A stretch of 64,000 nt of DNA, taken from assembly GCA_032718475.1 (NCBI GenBank), contig JAUCBJ010005143.1, positions 37,443-101,442 of the forward strand, in the 5' to 3' direction. Position numbers and translations under genes: made by a program. Positions within the stretch are counted from its first letter, which is position 1. Every line of letters begins with the position of its first letter. Shown here in pieces: positions 40,171 to 53,700 of the stretch. The stretch comes from Nemertoderma westbladi (taxonomy: Eukaryota; Animalia; Xenacoelomorpha). A model generated the notes under the pieces. The model was not told the origin of the DNA, made no database searches, and saw only the letters and a list, made by a program, of their open reading frames with translations.

Positions 40171-43100
40171 GGGAACACCCAAAGTAGGAACAAGGGAACA
40201 CGTTATGTTGGAACAAGGGAACACGTTATGTTGGAACAAGGGAACACGTTATGTTGGAACAAGGGAACACGTTATGATGGAACAAGGGAACACGTTATGT
40301 TGGATCAAGGGAACACGTTATGTTGGAACAAGGGAACACGTTATGTTGGAACAAGGGAACACGTTATGATGGAACAAGGGAACACGTTATGTTGGAACAA
40401 GGGAACCCTTATGTAGGAACGTGGAATACCTTATGTTGGAAAAGGGAACAGGAAACACCTCATTTAGGAACGGGGGACACATTATGTGGGAACGGGGAAC
40501 ACCTCATGTACGAACGGGGAACACCTCATGTAGGAACGGGGAACACCTCATGTAGAATGGAGATCACCTCATGTAGGAACGGGGAAACACCTCATGTAGG
40601 AACGGGGAACACCTTATGTAGGAAAAGGGAACACCCCATTTAGGAACGGGGGACACATTTTGTGGGAACGGGGAACTCCTTAGGTAGGAACGGGGAGAAC
40701 CTTATGTTGGAACGGGGAACCCCTTATGTTGGAAAAGGGACCACCTTATGTTGGTAAAGGGAACATCTCATGTAGGGAAAGGGAACACCTTATGTTGGAA
40801 AATGAAACACCTTATGTAGAAACGATGAACAAATTATGTAGGAACGAGGCACACCTTATGTAGGAACGGGGAACACCTCATGTAGGAACGGGGAACACCT
40901 CATGTAGGAACGGGGAAAACCTTAGGTAGGAACGGGGAAAACCTTATGTTGGAAAAGGGAACAATTTATGTAGGAACGGGGAACACCTTATGATGGAAAA
41001 GGGAACACCTCATGTAGGAAAATAGAACACCTTAGGTAGGAACGAGGAACACCTTATGTTGGAAAATGGAACACCTTATGTAGGAACGGGGAACACCTCA
41101 TTTAGACTGGAGATCACCTCATGTAGGAACGGGGAACACCTCATGTAGACTGGAGATCACTTTATGTAGGAACGGGGAACACCTCATGTAGACTGGAGAT
41201 CACCTCATGTAGGAACGGGGAACACCTCATGTAGACTGGAGATCACCTCATGTAGGAACGGGGAACACCTCATGTAGACTGGAGATCACCTCATGTAGGA
41301 ACGGGGAACACCTCATGTAGACTGGAGATCACCTCATGTAGGAACGGGGAACACCTCATGTAGACTGGAGATCACCTCATGTAGGAACGGGGAACACCTC
41401 ATGTAGACTGGAGATCACCTCATGTAGAATGGAGATCACCTCATGTAGGGACGGGGAACACCTCATGTAGACTGGAGATCACCTCATGTATGAACGGGGA
41501 ACACCTCATGTAGACTGGAGATCACCTCATGTAGGAACGGGGAACACCTCATGTAGACTGGAGATCACCTCATGTAGGAACGGGGAACACCTCATGTAGA
41601 CTGGAGATCACCTCATGTAGGAACGGGGAACACCTCATGTAGACTGGAGATCACCTCATGTAGGAAGGGGGAACACCTCATGTAGACTGGAGATCACCTC
41701 ATGTAGGAACGGGGAACACCTCATGTAGACTGGAGATCACCTCATGTAGGAACGGGGAACACCTCATGTAGACTGGAGATCACCTCATGTAGGAACGGGG
41801 AACACCTCATGTAGACTGGAGATCACCTCATGTAGGAACGGGGAACACCTCATGTAGACTGGAGATCACCTCATGTAGGAACGGGGAACACCTCATGTAG
41901 ACTGGAGATCACCTCATGTAGGAACGGGGAACACCTCATGTAGGAACGGGGAACACCTCATGTAGACTGGAGATCACCTTATGTAGGAACGGGGAACACC
42001 TCATGTAGACTGGAGATCACCTCATGTAGGAACGGGGAACACCTCATGTAGACTGGAGATCACCTCATGTAGGAACGGGGAACACCTCATGTAGACTGGA
42101 GATCGCCTCATGTAGGAACGGGGAACACCTCATGTAGACTGGAGATCACCTCATGTAGGAAAGGGGAACACCTCATGTAGACTGGAGATCACCTCATGTA
42201 GGAACGGGGAACACCTCTTGTAGGAACTGGGAACACCTCATGTAGGAACGGGGAACACCTCATGTAGACTGGAGATCACCTCATGTAGGAACGGGGAACA
42301 CCTCATGTAGACTGGAGATCACCTCATGTAGGAACGGGGAACACCTCATGTAGACTGGAGATCACCTCATGTAGGAACGGGGAACACCTCATGTAGACTG
42401 GAGATCACCTCATGTAGGAACGGGGAACACCTCATGTAGACTGGAGATCACCTCATGTAGGAAGGGGGAACACCTCATGTAGACTGGAGATCACCTCATG
42501 TAGGAACGGGGAACACCTCATGTAGACTGGAGATCACCTCATGTAGGAACGGGGAACACCTCATGTAGGAACTGGGAACACCTCATGTAGGAACGTGGAA
42601 CACCTCATGTAGACTGGAGATCACCTCATGTAGGAACGGGGAACACCTCATGTAGACTGGAGATCACCTCATGTAGGAACGGGGAACACCTCATGTTGAC
42701 TGGAGATCACCTCATGTAGGAACGGGGAACACCTCATGTAGGAACGGGGAACACCTCATGTAGACTGGAGATCACCTCATGTAGGAACGGGGAACACCTC
42801 ATGTAGACTGGAGATCACCTCATGTAGGAACGGGGAACACCTCATGTAGACTGGAGATCACCTCATGTAGGAACGGGGAACACCTCATGTAGACTGGAGA
42901 TCACCTCATGTAGGAACGGGGAACACCTCATGTAGACTGGAGATCACCTCATGTAGGAAAGGGGAACACCTCATGTAGACTGGAGATCACCTCATGTAGG
43001 AACGGGGAACACCTCTTGTAGGAACTGGGAACACCTCATGTAGGAACGGGGAACACCTCATGTAGACTGGAGATCACCTCATGTAGAATGGAGATCACCT

Positions 43101-45350
43101 CATGTAGGGACGGGGAACACCTCATGTAGACTGGAGATCACCTCATGTAGGAACGGGGAACACCTCATGTAGACTGGAGATCACCTCATGTAGGAACGGG
43201 GAACACCTCATGTAGACTGGAGATCACCTCATGTAGGAACGGGGAACACCTCATGTAGACTGGAGATCACCTCATGTAGGAACGGGGAACACCTCATGTA
43301 GACTGGAGATCACCTCATGTAGGAAGGGGGAACACCTCATGTAGACTGGAGATCACCTCATGCAGGAACGGGGAACACCTCATGTAGACTGGAGATCACC
43401 TCATGTAGGAACGGGGAACACCTCATGTAGACTGGAGATCACCTCATGTAGGAAGGGGGAACACCTCATGTAGACTGGAGATCACCTCATGTAGGAACGG
43501 GGAACACCTCATGTAGACTGGAGATCACCTCATGTAGGAACGGGGAACACCTCATGTAGACTGGAGATCACCTCATGTAGGAACGGGGAACACCTCATGT
43601 AGGAACGGGGAACACCTCATGTAGACTGTAGATCACCTCATGTAGGAACGGGGAACACCTCATGTAGACTGGAGATCACCTCATGTAGGAACGGGGAACA
43701 CCTCATGTAGACTGGAGATCGCCTCATGTAGGAACGGGGAACACCTCATGTAGACTGGAGATCACCTCATGTAGGAAAGGGGAACACCTCATGTAGACTG
43801 GAGATCACCTCATGTAGGAACGGGGAACACCTCTTGTAGGAACTGGGAACACCTCATGTAGGAACGGGGAACACCTCATGTAGACTGGAGATCACCTCAT
43901 GTAGGAACGGGGAACACCTCATGTAGACTGGAGATCACCTCATGTAGGAACGGGGAACACCTCATGTAGACTGGAGATCACCTCATGTAGGAACGGGGAA
44001 CACCTCATGTAGACTGGAGATCACCTCATGTACGAACGGAGAACACCTCATGTAGACTGGAGATCACCTCATGTAGGAACGGGGAACACCTCATGTAGGA
44101 ACTGGGAACACCTCATGTAGGAACGTGGAACACCTCATGTAGACTGGAGATCACCTCATGTAGGAACGGGGAACACCTCATGTAGACTGGAGATCACCTC
44201 ATGTAGGAACGGGGAACACCTCATGTTGACTGGAGATCACCTCATGTAGGAACGGGGAACACCTCATGTAGGAACGGGGAACACCTCATGTAGACTGGAG
44301 ATCACCTCATGTAGGAACGGGGAACACCTCATGTAGACTGGAGATCACCTCATGTAGGAACGGGGAACACCTCATGTAGACTGGAGATCACCTCATGTAG
44401 GAACGGGGAACACCTCATGTAGACTGGAGATCACCTCATGTAGGAACGGGGAACACCTCATGTAGACTGGAGATCACCTCATGTAGGAAAGGGGAACACC
44501 TCATGTAGACTGGAGATCACCTCATGTAGGAACGGGGAACACCTCTTGTAGGAACTGGGAACACCTCATGTAGGAACGGGGAACACCTCATGTAGACTGG
44601 AGATCACCTCATGTAGGAACGGGGAACACCTCATGTAGACTGGAGATCACCTCATGTAGGAACGGGGAACACCTCATGTAGACTGGAGATCACCTCATGT
44701 AGGAACGGGGAACACCTCATGTAGACTGGAGATCACCTCATGTAGGAACGGGAAACACCTCATGTAGGAACGGGGAACACCTCATGTAGGAACGGGGAAC
44801 ACCTCATGTTGACTGGAGATCACCTCATGTAGGAACGGGGAACACCTCATGTAGGAACGGGGAACACCTCATGTAGGAACGGGGAACACCTCATGTAGAC
44901 TGGAGATCACCTCATGTAGGAACGGGGAACACCTCATGTAGACTGGAGATCACCTCATGTAGGAACGGGGAACACCTCATGTAGGAACGGGGAACACCTC
45001 ATGTAGGAACGGGGAACACCTCATGTAGACTGGAGATCACCTCATGTAGGAACGGGGAACACCACGTGTAGGAACTGGGAACACCTCATGTAGGAACGGG
45101 GAACACCTCATGTAGACTGGAGATCACCTCATGTAGGAACGGGGAACACCTCTTGTAGACAGGAGATCACCTCATGTAGGAACGGGGAACACCTCATGTA
45201 GACTGGAGATCACCTCATGTAGGAACGGGGAACACCTCATGTAGACTGGAGATCACATCATGTAGGAACGGGGAACACCTCATGTAGACTGGAGATCACC
45301 TCATGTAGGAACGGGGAACACCTCATGTAGACTGGAGATCACCTCATGTA
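40171..45350. repeat. Compound intronic satellite: 23-bp units (GGAACAAGGGAACACGTTATGTT), then divergent ~22-bp units, then a 43-bp dimer (AGGAACGGGGAACACCTCATGT + AGACTGGAGATCACCTCATGT)
   Basis: Periods read directly: 23 bp (40201 to 40224) and 43 bp (41221 to 41264). The array starts about 40 nt after the donor site. Confidence 0.97.
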
Positions 45351-46215
45351 CCATCTTACACCTTGTTTTCAAACAATCCTCAATTGAGTTAATAGTACCA
45401 ATTATTTGGCAATCTCATATGTGAATGATTACCTCTACTACCTGAACTGTCATATATAATTGAAGAGGAATTTGTTGTAATTCCGTTGCATCTCAAATAA
45501 TAGTAAAGAACAATATGGGAACTTTGAGTTTGTTTTCAAACGTGGGTGTCGCGGGTATCGGTTCCTTATAAATCTCACCTACTGCCAACAGGATGTGTAG
45601 TTAGTTAACTTACTTGGCAATAAATAGGTTGACGAGCGTTCGCTTTATTGGCACCAAATTATATCATTATAGCCACCAATTTGTCAGTTCGGTGCCAGAA
45701 ATAAGTTTCTATGAGCTAAGTTAGGCCCATATGTTTATTAAAGGAACACCTTTAATAATTAAATTTACACTTATTAATTACATTGTTAATTATCATCTAT
45801 TTGCTGCCTTACTATTAGATAGTTCCCTGTATGTTTTGCACTAATTAGTGCGTTTTACTATCATTTTGTTCCAATAATTTACAGTATTATTTTATCTAGA
45901 CCTTTTTATCGTTCACACCACGTGCTTCTAATTAATACACTTTATTCTAAAGTAATTAATTATATAGTTTAACTGGAATGCCGATAAACTTGTTAATAAT
46001 ATTTGGCTAAAAATTAGTTCCTGTCTCTCTGATACTAAGATCGACTATGTTGTAACAACACGAGGAATGTTAATGGCTAAACTCTTAAGTTTCTTTGTAC
46101 TGCCATTAAGAATAAGGCCACTACACTGTATTAGTCAGTTATACGTTACAATGGTGGTAGGGTTGCGATTGGATGTGGAAACGAAAGTCATTGTGTTAAA
46201 AGTTAATTGTTCCAG

Positions 46216-46293
46216 ATTGCGAGTGACCCTCCGACCTCATTGTGTATCGAATCTGTTTATAGGCGGTACGATGAACTCCAATACATATTATAA
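46216..46293 (+). CDS. Candidate terminal VMAT exon: IASDPPTSLCIESVYRRYDELQYIL*
   Basis: A ttgttccag acceptor gives a phase-0 open frame compatible with the donor at 40134. It encodes a short Tyr/acidic tail, loosely like invertebrate VMAT tails, and ATTAAA follows at 46331. No strong homology, so tentative. Confidence 0.4.
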   Translation: MASDPPTSLCIESVYRRYDELQYIL

Positions 46294-46664
46294 TATAATA
46301 GCGTCACTGAACCAAAAATTTAAAATATTGATTAAAGTGAACGTCTTGTCCTTTTGAGTTCCCACATTCAATAATTGATCTCCATTGTGTTGTAAATGTA
46401 TGAGTTGAGGCCCTGTTGTAGCGCTGCCCCCCTGGAATTAGCGGTAAGCTTGCTGGAATAGGATGCAGACAGCTGGAATTTATGGTTTAATAGAACGCGA
46501 TCAGACTGTTTAACCCATATGGTACGCAATCGATAATGCTTCGTTATACACAGAAGGATACCATAACGTTATAGTCAACCTGAGATGATATTACTTCAGT
46601 ATATAATTAAAATATTCATTCTCGGACATTATTATAATTATTTATTTATAATAATATATATAAT

Positions 46665-46698
46665 ATATCACTCTATATATCACTCTATATATCACTCT
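46665..46698. repeat. 12-bp microrepeat (CACTCTATATAT) x ~3 in AT-rich DNA upstream of the TMEM221-like ORF
   Basis: Units start at 46669, 46681 and 46693. Confidence 0.7.
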
Positions 46699-46990
46699 CT
46701 ACTAAATGTGTTCTAAATGCTCTCTACTAAATACTATCGACTATTTCTATATGCCGATTATTGCTTTAAGATTTAATAATATTCTAGTGATATTAGTTAT
46801 TTATGTATATTTTAAATATTATTGCTCTTTGTTCATTTTATTTAATGATTTTGTAGTTAAATTGTCGATCACGAAGTTAATTATTGCAACTTATAACTTA
46901 ATTTAATTTCCTTGATACGAATTTCCTGATAATAATATTGTTCAAACCTGGAAATATCTGGTATTATTCAATCTCGGTTATCTCCGCTTG

Positions 46991-47782
46991 ATGGCGCGTA
47001 ATTCTAGTAGTTACGGCGGAACCTACGGTTCCCATTGGACGTCAGACGAGTCAGACAGTGACGACTTCCGGTCGACTACGCGGTATAAACCGACGCTGCC
47101 GCCCCGTGAGATTACAATCGTACCGACGTCGAACAACACGAGATACAAAGAACTCCGACCGCCACCGACGCCGCACCACCAACAGACAGACCCATTCAGT
47201 ACCGGTACCGGTAGCACTAAACGCCGACCCCATATCGTTAAAATATACTACTTATTGACTCTGGAATGCGGAATTAATGTAGTTCTACTCATAATGGGAT
47301 TAATTTTAATTACAAATTTTTCACAACGAACCGAACCGTCGCGGTCTGAGACTCGGGAGTTGGTACAGACAGCAGCTGTTGTGTTCGCCAGTCTGGTGGT
47401 CTCTTGCGGGTCCGTAGGCCTAACAACCTCCTTCTTACTGATTCTTTATACCAATAAACTATGCCATCTACCGGATGGCGATAGTATTGCATTGCGTTTT
47501 GTAGTGCGTTGCTACGTTATGCAATCGCTTACCGTGTTTTGTATCATTGCCGGTGTTATTTTGCTGCTAATTGCTATTATTCTGTTTATTTTCGTGGAAC
47601 TCCAATTGCCGCCAGCGATTGCGACGGCTTCAATGCTCGCAGCAACTTCCATCATCATCATCGCAATTGCGTTATTTATAACGCGGTCCTGGAATCACGA
47701 GAAAAATAACGCGCGTCTTGATTACGTTAAAACAACTGAAAGTGTCCACAATAACCACGTACGGTTAACGACATTGGTGTGA
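46991..47782 (+). CDS. TMEM221: TMEM221/Jiraiya-like four-pass membrane protein, 263 aa, uninterrupted ORF, C-terminal class I PDZ-binding motif (TTLV)
   Basis: ATG at 46991 (the track's start at 46988 is TTG), TGA at 47780-47782. Four hydrophobic segments; FVVRCYVMQSLTVFCIIAGVILLLIAIILFIFVELQLPPAIATASMLA aligns by eye with recalled human TMEM221 [48 protein letters not shown]. Both end in (S/T)TLV. Confidence 0.75.
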   Translation: MARNSSSYGGTYGSHWTSDESDSDDFRSTTRYKPTLPPREITIVPTSNNTRYKELRPPPTPHHQQTDPFSTGTGSTKRRPHIVKIYYLLTLECGINVVLLIMGLILITNFSQRTEPSRSETRELVQTAAVVFASLVVSCGSVGLTTSFLLILYTNKLCHLPDGDSIALRFVVRCYVMQSLTVFCIIAGVILLLIAIILFIFVELQLPPAIATASMLAATSIIIIAIALFITRSWNHEKNNARLDYVKTTESVHNNHVRLTTLV

Positions 47783-50700
47783 AAATAACCACATACGGTT
47801 AACGACATTGGTGTGAAAATAACCACGTACGTTTAACGACATTGGTGTGAAAATAACCACATACGGTTAACGACATTGGTGTTTAAATAACCACGTACGG
47901 TTAACGACATTGGTGTGAAAATAACCACATACGGTTAACGACATTGGTGTTTAAATAACCACGTACGGTTAACGACATTGGTGTGAAAATAACCATATAC
48001 GGTTAACGACATTGGTGTTTAAATAACCACGTACGGTTAACGACATTGGTGTGAAAATAACCACATACGGTTAACGACATTGGTGTTTAAATAACCACGT
48101 ACGGTTAACGACATTAGTGTGACTATAACCACGTACGGTTAACGACATTGGTGTGAAAATAACCACGTATGGTTAACGACATTGGTGTGAAAATAACCAC
48201 GTACGGTTAACGACATTGGTGTGAAAATAACCACATACGGTTAACGACATTGGTGTGAAAATAACCACATACGGTTAACGACATTGGTGTGAAAATAACC
48301 TCATACGGTTAATGACATTATTGGTGTGAAAATAACCACATAGGGTTACGGTTAATGTCATTGGTGTGATAATAACCACATACGGTTAACGACATTGGTG
48401 TGAAAATAACCACATACGGTTAACGACATTGGTGTGAAAATAACCACATACGGTTAACGACATTGGTGTGAAAATAACCTCATACGGTTAATGACATTAT
48501 TGGTGTGAAAATAACCACATACAGTTAACGACATTGGTTTGAAAATAACCACATTTGGTTAACGACATTGGTGTGAAAATAACCACATAGGGTTACGGTT
48601 AATGTCATTGGTGTGATAATAACCACATACGGTTAACGACATTGGTGTGAAAATAACCACATACGGTTAACGTCATTGGTGTGAAAATAACCACATACGG
48701 TTAACGACATTGGTGTGAAAATAACCACATTTGGTTAACGACATTGTTGTGAAAATAACCACGTACGGTTAACGACATTGGTGTGAAAATAACCACATAC
48801 GGTTAACGACATTGGTGTGAAAATAACCACGTACGGTTAACGACATTGGTGTGAAAATAACCACATACGGTTAACGACATTGGTGTGAAAATAACCACAT
48901 ACGGTTAACGACATTGGTGTCAAAATAACCACATTTGGTTAACGACATTGGTGTGAAAATAACCACATACGGTTAACGACATTGGTGTGAAAATAACCAC
49001 ATACGGTTAACGACATTGGTGTTTAAATAACCACGTACAGTTAACGACATTGGTGTGAAAATAACCACATACAGTTAACGACATTGGTGTGAAAATAACC
49101 ACATACGGTTAACGACATTGGTGTGAAAATAACCACATACGGTTAACGACATTGGTGTGAAAATAACCACATACGGTTAACGACATTGGTGTGAAAATAA
49201 CCACATACGGTTAATGACATTGGTGTGAAAATAACCACATACGGTTAACGACATTGGTGTGAAAATAACCACATACGGTTAACGACATTGGTGTGAAAAT
49301 AACAACATACGGTTAATGACATTGGTGTGAAAATAACCACATACGGTTAACGACATTGGTGTTAAAATAACCACATACGGTTAACGACATAGGTGTGAAA
49401 ATAACCACATACGGTTAACGACATTGGTGTGAAAATAACCACATACGGTTATCGACATTGGTGTGAAAATAACCACATACGGTTAATGACATTGGTGTGA
49501 AAATAACCACATACGGTTAACGACATTGGTGTGTTAATAACCACATACGGTTAACGACATTGCTGTGAATATAACCACATACGGTTAACGACATTGGTGT
49601 GAAAATAACCACATACGGTTAACGACATTGGTGTGAAAATAACCACATACAGTTAACGATATTATTGGTGTGATAATAACCACATACAGTTAACGATATT
49701 GGTGTGAAAATAACCACATACGGTTAACGACATTGGTGTGAAAATAACCACATACGGTTAACGACATTGGTGTGAAAATAACCACACACGGTTAACGACA
49801 TTGGTGTGAAAATAACCACATAATGACATTGGTGTGAAAATAACCACATACGGTTAACGACATTGGTGTGACTAACCACATACAGTTAACGACATTGGTG
49901 TTAAAATAACCACATACAGTTAACGACATTGGTTTGAAAATAACCACATTTGGTTAACGACATTGGTGTGAAAATAACCACGTAGGGTTACGGTTAATGT
50001 CATTGGTGTGATAATAACCACATACGGTTAACGACATTGGTGTGAAAATAACCATATACAGTTAACACATTGGTGTGAAAATAACCACATACGGTTAATG
50101 ACATTATTGGTGTGAAAATAACCACATACGGTTAACGACATTGGTGTGAAAATAACCACATTTGGTTAACGACATTGGTGTGAAAATAACCACATACGGT
50201 TAACGACATTGGTGTGAAAATAACCACATACGGTTAACGACATTGGTGTTTAAATAACCACGTACGGTTAACGACATTGGTGTGAAAATAACCACATACG
50301 GTTAACGACATTGGTGTTAAAATAACCACGTACGGTTAACGACATTGGTGTGAAAATAACCACATACGGTTAACGACATTGGTGTGAAAATAACCACATA
50401 CGGTTAACGACATTGGTGTCAAAATAACCACATTTGGTTAACGACATTGGTGTGAAAATAACCACATACGGTTAACGACATTGGTGTGAAAATAACCACA
50501 TACGGTTAACGACATTGATGTTTAAATAACCACGTACAGTTAACGACATTGGTGTGATAATAACCACATACAGTTAACGACATTGGTGTGAAAATAACCA
50601 CATACGGTTAACGACATTGGTGTGAAAATAACCACATACGGTTAACGACATTGGTGTGAAAATAACCACATACGGTTAACGACATTGGTGTGAAAATAAC

Positions 50701-53700
50701 CACATACGGTTAACGACATTGGTGTGAAAATAACCACATACGTTTAACGACATTGGTGTGAAAATAACCACATACGGTTAATGACATTGGTGTGAAAATA
50801 ACCACATACGGTTAACGACATTGGTGTGAAAATAACCACATACGGTTAACGACATAGGTGTGAAAATAACCACATACGGTTAACGACATTGGTGTGAAAA
50901 TAACCACATACGGTTAACGACATTGGTGTGAAAATAACCACATACGGTTAACGACATTGGTGTGAAAATATCCACATACGGTTAACGACATTGGTGTGAA
51001 AATAACCACATACGGTTAATGACATTATTGGTGTGAAAATAACCACATACGGTTAATGACATTATTGGTGTGAAAATAACCACATACAGTTAACGACATT
51101 GGTATGAAAATAACCACATACAGTTAACGACATTGGTTTGAAAATAACCACATTTGGTTAACGACATTGGTGTGAAAATAACCACATACGGTTAACGACA
51201 TTGGTGTGAAAATAACCACATACGGTTAACGACATTGGTGTGAAAATAACCACATACGGTTAACGACATTGGTGTGAAAATAACCACATACGGTTAACGA
51301 CATTGGTGTGAAAATAACCACATACGGTTAACGACATTGGTGTGAAAATAACCACATACGGTTAACGACATTGGTGTGAAAATAACCACATACGGTTAAC
51401 GACATTGGTGTGAAAATAACCACATACGGTTAACGACATTGGTGTGAAAATAACCACATACGGTTAACGACATTGGTGTGAAAATAACCACATACGGTTA
51501 ACGACATTGGTGTGAAAATAACCACATACAGTTAACGACATTGGTTTGAAAATATCCACATTTGGTTAACGACATTGGTGTGAAAATAACCACATAGGGT
51601 TACGGTTAATGTCATTGGTGTGATAATAACCATATACGGTTAACGACATTGGTGTGAAAATAACCACATACGGTTAACGACATTGGTGTGAAAATAACCA
51701 CATACGGTTAACGAAATTGGTGTGAAAATAACCACATACGGTTAACGACATTGGTGTGAAAATAACCACATACGGTTAACGACATTGGTGTGAAAATAAC
51801 CACATACGGTTAACGACATTGGTGTGAAAATAACCACATACGGTTAACGACATTGGTGTGAAAATAACCACATTTGGTTAACGACATTGGTGTGAAAATA
51901 ACCACATACGGTTAACGACATTGGTGTGAAAATAACCACATACGGTTAACGACATTGGTGTTTAAATAACCACGTACGGTTAACGACATTGGTGTGAAAA
52001 TAACCACATACGGTTAACGACATTGGTGTTAAAATAACCACGTACGGTTAACGACATTGGTGTGAAAATAACCACATACGGTTAACGACATTGGTGTGAA
52101 AATAACCACATACGGTTAACGACATTGGTGTCAAAATAACCACATTTGGTTAACGACATTGGTGTGAAAATAACCACATACGGTTAACGACATTGGTGTG
52201 AAAATAACCACATACGGTTAAAGACATTGATGTTTAAATAACCACGTACAGTTAACGACATTGGTGTGATAATAACCACATACAGTTAACGACATTGGTG
52301 TGAAAATAACCACATACGGTTAACGACATTGGTGTGAAAATAACCACATACGGTTAACGACATTGGTGTGAAAATAACCACATACGGTTAACGACATTGG
52401 TGTGAAAATAACCACATACGGTTAACGACATTGGTGTGAAAATAACCACATACGTTTAACGACATTGTTGTGAAAATAACCACATACGGTTAATGACATT
52501 GGTGTGAAAATAACCACATACGGTTAACGACATTGGTGTGAAAATAACCACATACGGTTAACGACATAGGTGTGAAAATAACCACATACGGTTAACGACA
52601 TTGGTGTGAAAATAACCACATACGGTTAACGACATTGGTGTGAAAATATCCACATACGGTTAACGACATTGGTGTGAAAATAACCACATACGGTTAATGA
52701 CATTATTGGTGTGAAAATAACCACATACGGTTAATGACATTATTGGTGTGAAAATAACCACATACAGTTAACGACATTGGTATGAAAATAACCACATACA
52801 GTTAACGACATTGGTTTGAAAATAACCACATTTGGTTAACGACATTGGTGTGAAAATAACCACATACGGTTAACGACATTGGTGTGAAAATAACCACATA
52901 CGGTTAACGACATTGGTGTGAAAATAACCACATATGGTTAACGAGATTGGTGTGAAAATAACCACATACGGTTAACGACATTGGTGTGAAAATAACCACA
53001 TACGGTTAACGACATTGGTGTGAAAATAACCACATACGGTTAACGACATTGGTGTGAAAATAACCACATACGGTTAACGACATTGGTGTGAAAATAACCA
53101 CATACGGTTAACGACATTGGTGTGAAAATAACCACATACGGTTAACGACATTGGTGTGAAAATAACCACATACGGTTAACGACATTGGTGTGAAAATAAC
53201 CACATACAGTTAACGACATTGTTTTGAAAATATCCACATTTGGTTAACGACATTGGTGTGAAAATAACCACATAGGGTTACGGTTAATGTCATTGGTGTG
53301 ATAATAACCATATACGGTTAACGACATTGGTGTGAAAATAACCACATACGGTTAACGACATTGGTGTGAAAATAACCACATACGGTTAACGAAATTGGTG
53401 TGAAAATAACCACATACGGTTAACGACATTGGTGTGAAAATAACCACATACGGTTAACGACATTGGTGTGAAAATAACCACATACGGTTAACGACATTGG
53501 TGTGAAAATAACCACATACGGTTAACGACATTGGTGTGAAAATAACCACATACGGTTAACGACATTGGTGTGAAAATAACCACATACGGTTAACGACATT
53601 GGTGTGAAAATAACCACATACGGTTAACGACATTGGTGTTTAAATAACCACGTACGGTTAACGACATTGGTGTGAAAATAACCACATACGGTTAACGACA

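Noticed and set aside
40134-40187. [17 protein letters not shown] as the true VMAT C-terminus
   Set aside because: It starts at a good donor (AAA|gttagt) where homology ends and runs into the satellite. More likely intron read-through, though a retained-intron isoform cannot be excluded.
40139-40643. ORFs of repeated EQGNTLCWNKGTR peptides
   Set aside because: They are translations of the 23-bp satellite inside an intron.
46067-46906. 96-aa and 66-aa ORFs (46067-46357, 46706-46906) and ORF 57534-57719
   Set aside because: They are AT-rich with no recognisable motifs, consistent with chance ORFs; one overlaps the candidate terminal exon in another frame.
46991-47070. VMAT-TMEM221 fusion, because SDESDSDD resembles the VMAT acidic tail
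   Set aside because: The nearby AG acceptors (47006-47007, 47009-47010) are out of phase with the phase-0 donor and lead to stops.
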